Origin: Myxococcota bacterium
GTDB lineage: Bacteria > Myxococcota > SpSt-1050
DNA: 14,256 nt
Assembly: GCA_049969675.1 (NCBI GenBank)
Contig: JBMFOP010000076.1
Span: 1 to 14,256, forward strand
Reading direction: 5' to 3'
How positions within the stretch are numbered: position 1 is the stretch's first letter; each line of letters begins with the position of its first letter. The position numbers were made by a program, and so were the translations under genes. Shown here one piece after another: positions 1-4,841 of this stretch. Under the pieces are notes generated by a model. The model had not been told where the DNA came from and made no database searches. It saw only the letters and a list, made by a program, of their open reading frames with translations.

Positions 1-2
1 AA

Positions 3-260
3 TATGCTTATGGAGCAAAAGATGCATTAGAACAACTTCCCATTCCCCCCATCACCCCTCAAAACCAGCAAATAGTCCAGCAAATAGAAAACCTTGTAAA
101 CCAAATCCTTTTTCTTACCCAATCTTCCGACTACGAAACAGACCAAAAAAAACAAGCAAAAGTCAAAGAACTTGAATCCCAAATTGACCAATTAGTTTAT
201 AAACTTTATGATTTAACAGAGGAAGAGATAAAAATAATTGAAGGAGCGTCATTATGTTAA
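3..260 (+). CDS. 3' end (partial) of a Type IIG / Eco57I-like restriction-modification enzyme (end of target-recognition region and conserved C-terminal helical tail)
   Basis: Manual translation of frame 3 is open from the window edge to TAA at 258-260: YAYGAKDALEQLPIPPITPQNQQIVQQIENLVNQILFLTQSSDYETDQKKQAKVKELESQIDQLVYKLYDLTEEEIKIIEGASLC*. 'LPIP...IDQLVYKLYDLTEEEIKIIE' is the characteristic C-terminus of Type IIG/TaqI-C-type N6-methyltransferase RM proteins. It is absent from the ORF track and overlaps the next ATG (254) by 7 nt. Confidence 0.85.
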   Translation, partial: YAYGAKDALEQLPIPPITPQNQQIVQQIENLVNQILFLTQSSDYETDQKKQAKVKELESQIDQLVYKLYDLTEEEIKIIEGASLC

Positions 261-1954
261 CAAAAATTGTTATAAAGAACTTTAAGAGATTAGATGTTGA
301 GTTGGATCTATCCCCTGTTGTTGTGTTTGTTGGACCAAATAATTCTGGTAAGACATCGGCATTGCAGGCGATATCCCTATGGGACATTGGTTTAAGAAAA
401 TGGGTTGAACTTAAAGGAACTAAAACATCAAAGGCAAAAAAGAGAACTGGTGCCGCAATAAACAGAAAAGACATTTACAATATTCCTGTCCCTTCACTGA
501 GAGAATTATGGAAAGACCTGCAGGTTAGAAGTACCATAAAAAATAAAGGTAAGCAAGCAACAAAAAACATCACTATTCAGATCTCACTTGAAGGAAACAC
601 AGATGGAAAGAATTGGTCTTTTGGATTGGAATTTGATTTTGCTAATGCCGAGGTTTGTTATGTTAGACCAACTGATGTCCCGGATGATGAAACTATCAAA
701 ATTGTCCTGAAAGAAAGGGTTGTCTTCCTTCCACCTATGTCTGGATTGTCTGCTGAAGAATATAAATTGGAGCCTGGCACCATAAATGTTTTTATTGGTC
801 AGGGTAAAACCGCAGATGTACTAAGAAATCTCTGCTGGTATGTCTTCAATAATAACAAAGAAAAATGGAAAGTAATTGTGGAGTTGATAAATAATATGTT
901 TGGAATAAAACTCAATGAACCAGAATATGACCCTGCCACCGGTAGGATTGTTGTCACCTATAAAGAAAGAAATACAAACTATGACTTGATAAACGGAGGA
1001 AGGGGATTTCATCAGGTTTTACTACTATTAGCCTATATCTATGTTAATCCCGGAACTATTATTTTAATAGATGAACCGGATGCACATTTAGAAATTTTAA
1101 GGCAGAGGCAGGTCTTTAATCTGCTTTGCGATATTTTAGCCCGTGAAAAATCCCAGTTAATCATAGCAACACATTCAGAGGCACTACTAAATGAAGCAGT
1201 TCAAAAATCCAATATAATTGCTTTTCTCGGTAAGCCACATATTGTAAATACAAGTTCACAACTGATAAAATCATTGACCTCAATTGGGTTTGAGCAATAT
1301 CTTCTTGCAGAACAAAAGGGATGGGTTTTGTATTTAGAAGGTTCCACAGATTTGGATTTACTTAAGGGATTTGCAAAGGTATTAAATCATCCTGTCTTAC
1401 AATACCTGGAAAGTCCGTTTATTAGATATGTTGGAAACAAACCTGAGGATGCAAGAAATCACTATTATGGCTTAAAAGAGGCAGTTCAGGATTTAATAGC
1501 AGTTGCATTGTACGACAGGGTTGAGAAAGAACTCCGGCAAGATGACCTGTATGAAATGATGTGGACAAGGAGGGAGATAGAAAATTATCTGCCTTTACCA
1601 GAGGTAGTGGAGCGATTTTTCACAGCGCAACCCCGTGACCTATTTTCAAACAAGGATCCTGAATTAATCGCTGAAATTATTAAAGAGGAAGTTCCACCAG
1701 CCGCATTAAAAGATAAGAACCACGACTTTTGGGTAAATACAAAAATAAGCGACGAATTTTTGGATAAGATTTTAAAAAAATTTGCCGAGGGAAAAAACAC
1801 AAAAGTTCCTCTCAGTAAGAAGGATTATTATCTTTTGATTCAATATGCAAAGCCAGAGGAAATATTAGAGGAAGTTAAAGAAAAATTGGATAAGATTTTT
1901 GAAATAGCAGAAAAAGCGGAGAAAAATAAGATAGATGTATCTATTCATTGGTAA
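254..1954 (+). CDS. ABC-type (AAA_15/AAA_21-like) ATPase fused to a TOPRIM-like domain; OLD-family-like putative anti-phage nuclease
   Basis: 566 aa. N-terminal IVIKNFKRL, Walker A GPNNSGKT, degenerate signature NGGRG, Walker B/D-loop ILIDEPDAHL, H-loop IATHS. C-terminal VLYLEGSTD (TOPRIM glutamate), LYDR and RREIENYL motifs. SD-like GAAGGAG at 240-246. Confidence 0.8.
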   Translation: MLTKIVIKNFKRLDVELDLSPVVVFVGPNNSGKTSALQAISLWDIGLRKWVELKGTKTSKAKKRTGAAINRKDIYNIPVPSLRELWKDLQVRSTIKNKGKQATKNITIQISLEGNTDGKNWSFGLEFDFANAEVCYVRPTDVPDDETIKIVLKERVVFLPPMSGLSAEEYKLEPGTINVFIGQGKTADVLRNLCWYVFNNNKEKWKVIVELINNMFGIKLNEPEYDPATGRIVVTYKERNTNYDLINGGRGFHQVLLLLAYIYVNPGTIILIDEPDAHLEILRQRQVFNLLCDILAREKSQLIIATHSEALLNEAVQKSNIIAFLGKPHIVNTSSQLIKSLTSIGFEQYLLAEQKGWVLYLEGSTDLDLLKGFAKVLNHPVLQYLESPFIRYVGNKPEDARNHYYGLKEAVQDLIAVALYDRVEKELRQDDLYEMMWTRREIENYLPLPEVVERFFTAQPRDLFSNKDPELIAEIIKEEVPPAALKDKNHDFWVNTKISDEFLDKILKKFAEGKNTKVPLSKKDYYLLIQYAKPEEILEEVKEKLDKIFEIAEKAEKNKIDVSIHW

Positions 1955-2000
1955 AAGAGCAAAAGCTAAAAACTGCTGGGGGTAGAAAATTCCGTACCTA

Positions 2001-2115
2001 TTTTATTGACCAAAACAGGGGGTAAAAAACATTAAAATTTATTTCCCATGAAAATAAAAAATTCGTAATTCGTTGTTTTACAATATGTTTTATTGACCAA
2101 AACAAGGGGTAAAAA
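2001..2115 (+). repeat. Pair of 28-bp direct repeats (2001-2028 and 2088-2115)
   Basis: ttttattgaccaaaacagggggtaaaaa versus ttttattgaccaaaacaaggggtaaaaa: 27/28 identical, starts 87 bp apart. Confidence 0.9.
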
Positions 2116-2177
2116 GCAATAACCTCCGCACCCCTGTGGTGAAAAAAAAATCAACCACAGAGAAACACAGAGAAAAA

Positions 2178-2239
2178 AACCTCGCCCCTTCCCCTCTCCT
2201 TTACAAGGAGAGGGGTGCCCGCCAAGGCGGGGTGAGGTT
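2178..2239. repeat. GC-rich nested palindromic element (REP/MITE-like)
   Basis: Outer arms aacctcgcccc (2178-2188) / ggggtgaggtt (2229-2239), one G-T pair. Perfect inner stem cccctctcctt (2191-2201) / aaggagagggg (2205-2215). Extra hairpin cccgcc-aa-ggcggg (2218-2231). Confidence 0.8.
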
Positions 2240-2245
2240 GAAAAT

Positions 2246-2383
2246 ATGCAGGTGGATACGAGTGCGTTAGAGCGAGAAATAGACCAATTGGTTTATCTGC
2301 CTGTGCCGTGCTTGGCAAGGCAGACAGGCAAACTTTATGACTTAACAGAGGAAGAGGTAAAAATCATTGAAGGTAAAAATTAA
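2246..2383 (+). pseudogene. Orphan copy of the Type IIG RM C-terminal tail (45-aa mini-ORF) carrying an in-frame 33-bp palindromic insertion
   Basis: ATG 2246 to TAA 2383 gives MQVDTSALEREIDQLVY-[LPVPCLARQTG]-KLYDLTEEEVKIIEGKN*. Excluding the insert, 2277-2296 plus 2330-2373 match 181-244 at 59/64 nt (manual count). Confidence 0.85.
2297..2329. repeat. 33-bp palindromic insertion element
   Basis: ctgcctgtgccgtgcttggcaaggcagacaggc, with pairing gcctgt/acaggc, gcc/ggc and tgc/gca. Its limits are defined by alignment with the uninterrupted copy (tat|aaa at 198-203). Confidence 0.8.
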
Positions 2384-2405
2384 TGACCAGAAAAGCCCTT
2401 GATGA

Positions 2406-2747
2406 CATCATTTTCCCCATGCAACATTGGATGAATTTGTAATAATGCCTAACCATTTGCATGGAATAATTATTATCAATGATGTAGGGGCGAATAATTA
2501 TTCGCCCCTACAATCACAACATACATCTCAATTTCGTTTACCATCACAATCCATCGGTTCAATTATACGCGGATTCAAAATCGGTGTTACCAAATGGTTT
2601 CATCAAAATACAGGTGTAGACACAATCTGGCAAAGGAATTATTATGAACATATCATACGGGATGACAAAGAATTAAATGAAATTCGTGTTTATATAATCA
2701 ACAATCCATTAAAATGGGAATTGGATAAATACTATTCAGAAAAATGA
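2406..2747 (+). pseudogene. 5'-truncated REP-associated tyrosine transposase (RAYT, IS200/IS605-related Y1 HUH)
   Basis: HHFPHATLDEFVIMPNHLHGII (HUH motif), SIGSIIRGFK, WQRNYYEHIIRD, and YIINNPLKW (catalytic Tyr helix). An in-frame TGA at 2403-2405 lies directly upstream and the usual N-terminal part is missing. Confidence 0.85.
2483..2512. repeat. GTAG-type REP: perfect 30-bp palindrome inside the RAYT frame
   Basis: tgtaggggcgaataattattcgcccctaca is a perfect inverted repeat with GTAG near both 5' ends. It translates as VGANNYSPL. Confidence 0.9.
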
Positions 2748-2838
2748 TACCCGATTTAAATATTCTTGGTAACCGCTATGGGTGTTATGATGTTTCAAAA
2801 ACAAGGAACTATTATATGATTAAAATGACCTTCAAATT

Positions 2839-2983
2839 CCAAATCCTCTCCCTCACTCAATTCCCTGACTATGAGAACAAATCAAACGAAGCAGGCAAAA
2901 GAAAAAGAACTTGAAGAACAAATTGACAGGATGGTATATAAATTTTATAATTAACCCCAGAGAAGATAGGGGGTTGGAAGGTG
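2839..2983 (+). pseudogene. Third, frameshifted copy of the Type IIG RM C-terminal tail
   Basis: Aligns with 101-244: QILSLTQFPDYE /+1 shift/ TNQTKQAKEKELEEQIDRMVYKFYN /shift/ TPEKI..EG versus QILFLTQSSDYETDQKKQAKVKELESQIDQLVYKLYDLTEEEIKIIEG. Confidence 0.8.
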
Positions 2984-2987
2984 TAAG

Positions 2988-3242
2988 ATGAAGTCTATCA
3001 GACTATCAGGACATGCAAAAGAGCAACTATCCTATAGAGGTACTACAGAAGAAGAGGTTATAGAAGCAATTCGAACATCTCCCTGGCAACAGGCAGAGCT
3101 TGGAAGGCTGGAATGTAGAAAAGAGTTTATCTATGAAAAAGAGTGGAATAAAAGGTATTATAAAATAAAGCAGATCAGACCGATATTTGTTGAAGAAAAA
3201 GAGGAGATTGTAGTAGTAACCGTTTATACATACTTTTATTAA
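2988..3242 (+). CDS. DUF4258-like protein (putative RelE/BrnT-like toxin)
   Basis: 84 aa. N-terminal IRLSGHAKEQLSYRGTTEEEVIEAI and C-terminal EIVVVTVY match the DUF4258 pattern. It lies next to a DUF2283-like gene. SD-like GGAAGG upstream. Confidence 0.75.
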   Translation: MKSIRLSGHAKEQLSYRGTTEEEVIEAIRTSPWQQAELGRLECRKEFIYEKEWNKRYYKIKQIRPIFVEEKEEIVVVTVYTYFY

Positions 3243-3257
3243 AACAGGAGGTTTAAG

Positions 3258-3473
3258 ATGAGAATCACTTATGACCCTGAGGTGGATGCCCTTTATATAA
3301 GGTTTCTGGAAACAACAGTGACTACTAAGCATGTAGCGGAAGGCATCGCAATAGATTATGAAGCAGAGGGGAAGATTGCCGGTATAGAGATACTTGATGC
3401 AGTAAAGCGGTTTGGCAGTAAAGATGTCTTTAAAAAGGTAATCCTTGAAGACCTTGCACTGCATACAACATAA
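3258..3473 (+). CDS. DUF2283-like protein (putative antitoxin)
   Basis: 71 aa. MRITYDPEVDALYIRF...IAIDY...GKIAGIEILDA is the DUF2283 signature. Strong SD AGGAGG upstream. Confidence 0.85.
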   Translation: MRITYDPEVDALYIRFLETTVTTKHVAEGIAIDYEAEGKIAGIEILDAVKRFGSKDVFKKVILEDLALHTT

Positions 3474-3561
3474 GTTTAAGCCTTGATTTCAGAATAACTC
3501 CCTCAAGAGATTCGCTTCTTTCCTTTTTTGCTATTTCAAACAAACCAATTGCAGAAAACAT
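3430..3561 (-). CDS. Possible 43-aa small ORF or truncated gene start
   Basis: Perfect AGGAGG (3572-3567) lies 5 nt before ATG (3561). Product MFSAIGLFEIAKKERSESLEGVILKSRLKLMLYAVQGLQGLPF*. It overlaps the DUF2283 3' end by 44 nt. No family recognised. Confidence 0.3.
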   Translation of the reverse strand: MFSAIGLFEIAKKERSESLEGVILKSRLKLMLYAVQGLQGLPF

Positions 3562-3581
3562 AAAAACCTCCTCTCTCAAGT

Positions 3582-3724
3582 CAATCCTCAATTCCTCTTC
3601 TGTGAAGAGGTGGACGATAGATTCGGACTGGGAGTTCCATTTTTTAAAGTTGTTGATTTGTTTTCAACTACTTTGTCAGTCCTCTAAACTGCCACCCATT
3701 CTTTGAAGGGGAATGAGCGGATTG
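3582..3724. other. Long imperfect rod-like inverted repeat (candidate structured RNA or palindromic element)
   Basis: Nested pairings: caatc..ctca / tgag..gattg; attcctcttc (3591-3600) / gaaggggaat (3705-3714); ggtgg (3609-3613) / ccacc (3692-3696); ggactg (3625-3630) / cagtcc (3677-3682); aaagttgttga (3646-3656) / tcaactacttt (3664-3674). Confidence 0.55.
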
Positions 3725-3740
3725 TTGGCGATAGGAGACA

Positions 3741-3756
3741 GGGCAAAGCTTTGCTC
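3741..3756. terminator. Short palindrome between convergent units; possible terminator
   Basis: gcaaagctttgc (3743-3754) is a perfect palindrome about 20 nt past the stop of 3777-4841. There is no clear U-tract. Confidence 0.25.
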
Positions 3757-3776
3757 CGCCTCGTGGTCTACAGACT

Positions 3777-4841
3777 TTATAGTGCCTTATTTATCTCAAT
3801 ATCATCCGAATTTATGTTTGGGGAGCGGTTTGATGGGAGATTGTGTATTTTGATTACATCGTTGGGAGATATAATTTTGAGCCTACTTTTCTCATCACCT
3901 CCTCTTGCAAGTACTTTGACATTTAATATCTCACTGCCATTACAGATTTGTAAATCAAACCCATATTTTCTCCTGTCTGGATATGTGAGAACTCTATATA
4001 GATGTGGGTCAATAGTCTTCTTAGTGCGAGACAGGACAAGATAACAGAACTTTGCAAATCTGTGATTTGCATTTATTACACTCTCCAGTTGAATAGAGAT
4101 ATCCTGCCTGATGTTGAATCTACAGATTTTATCTGTTCCCATTGAAAGCGGGCAGTTGTCCGGAGATGGACAGGGGGCAAGTATATATTCTGCAAATATT
4201 TCTCTCATTCTTTTGAGCATCTCTAATGATTCTGATTTGATTGGCTCTATAATGATTACAGTATTGAGTTGATTTAACTCAAGTAGATCTGATACTAAAT
4301 CAATAGATTCTTCGGCCTTACCTCTATTCTCGGATAGAGAGTTCATAAAGAGAAAGAGTGAGGGGCTTTTGGGGGAAGGTGAATTTGCAAGAAAATCAGC
4401 CTTTATGATTATATATTCAGATGTTGAAATCCTTTTGAGAATTTTGGCAGCGATTGAGAGCATAAATGGATTTTTATCTATTAAGAAAAGTCTCTTTCTA
4501 TCCGGGTCAATGAGGTTGATTAGAATGCCTGCGGTTCCGCTTCCACACCCGAGGTCATATACATCTTCAATTCTCTTTAGAAGGGCTGGAAATCTTTTTA
4601 AGAGTTCAGAATAGACAAAGAATATCTTCGGAATATGTTCTGGAAGGAAATAGAGCGCATAGGCAAGTGCATCCTCTTCGCTGGTTATGTTGAACTTATT
4701 TAAGATGTAGTTGCGATTTAAATTCTCTACCCTTTTCTTTATCTCGGAGGCTCTGAGATTACTCTCTTCAAATAATTCATCAAGTGCACTCCGCAGAATG
4801 ACAGAAATATCAGAGTGGATTTCATCTCTGTTTGAGGACAT
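3777..4841 (-). CDS. Rsm22/METTL17-like class I SAM-dependent methyltransferase
   Basis: 354 aa. AYALYFLP, SAM motif DLGCGSGT, IIIEP, and the ILAPCPSPDNCPL...ICRF...KFCYLVL segment typical of the Rsm22 family. Confidence 0.75.
   Translation of the reverse strand: MSSNRDEIHSDISVILRSALDELFEESNLRASEIKKRVENLNRNYILNKFNITSEEDALAYALYFLPEHIPKIFFVYSELLKRFPALLKRIEDVYDLGCGSGTAGILINLIDPDRKRLFLIDKNPFMLSIAAKILKRISTSEYIIIKADFLANSPSPKSPSLFLFMNSLSENRGKAEESIDLVSDLLELNQLNTVIIIEPIKSESLEMLKRMREIFAEYILAPCPSPDNCPLSMGTDKICRFNIRQDISIQLESVINANHRFAKFCYLVLSRTKKTIDPHLYRVLTYPDRRKYGFDLQICNGSEILNVKVLARGGDEKSRLKIISPNDVIKIHNLPSNRSPNINSDDIEINKAL

Noticed and set aside
163..1800. Minus-strand ORFs 163-474, 821-1012 and 1585-1800
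   Set aside because: Antisense shadows of the RM tail and ATPase gene, with no recognisable motifs.
254..1954. Naming the ATPase as Gabija, Septu or a retron effector
   Set aside because: The required partners (UvrD helicase, HNH nuclease, reverse transcriptase) are not adjacent within this window.
2001..2115. 28-bp direct repeats as a CRISPR array
   Set aside because: Only two copies, a 59-nt gap, no palindromic repeat structure and no cas genes in the window.
2006..2121. TTGACC in the repeats as sigma-70 -35 boxes
   Set aside because: No acceptable -10 hexamer at 16-18 nt spacing in either copy.
3027..3464. 145-aa minus-strand ORF
   Set aside because: Antisense to the well-supported DUF4258/DUF2283 pair; Cys/Phe-rich composition typical of a shadow frame.
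1955..3724. Classical integron cassette array
   Set aside because: No tyrosine integrase in the window, and I could not find attC-type RYYYAAC...GTTRRRY ends on the hairpins.
3736..3770. acagggcaaa as the start of a c-di-GMP-I riboswitch
   Set aside because: The following GNRA-capped stem and second GCAAA motif are absent, and no downstream + strand gene is credible.
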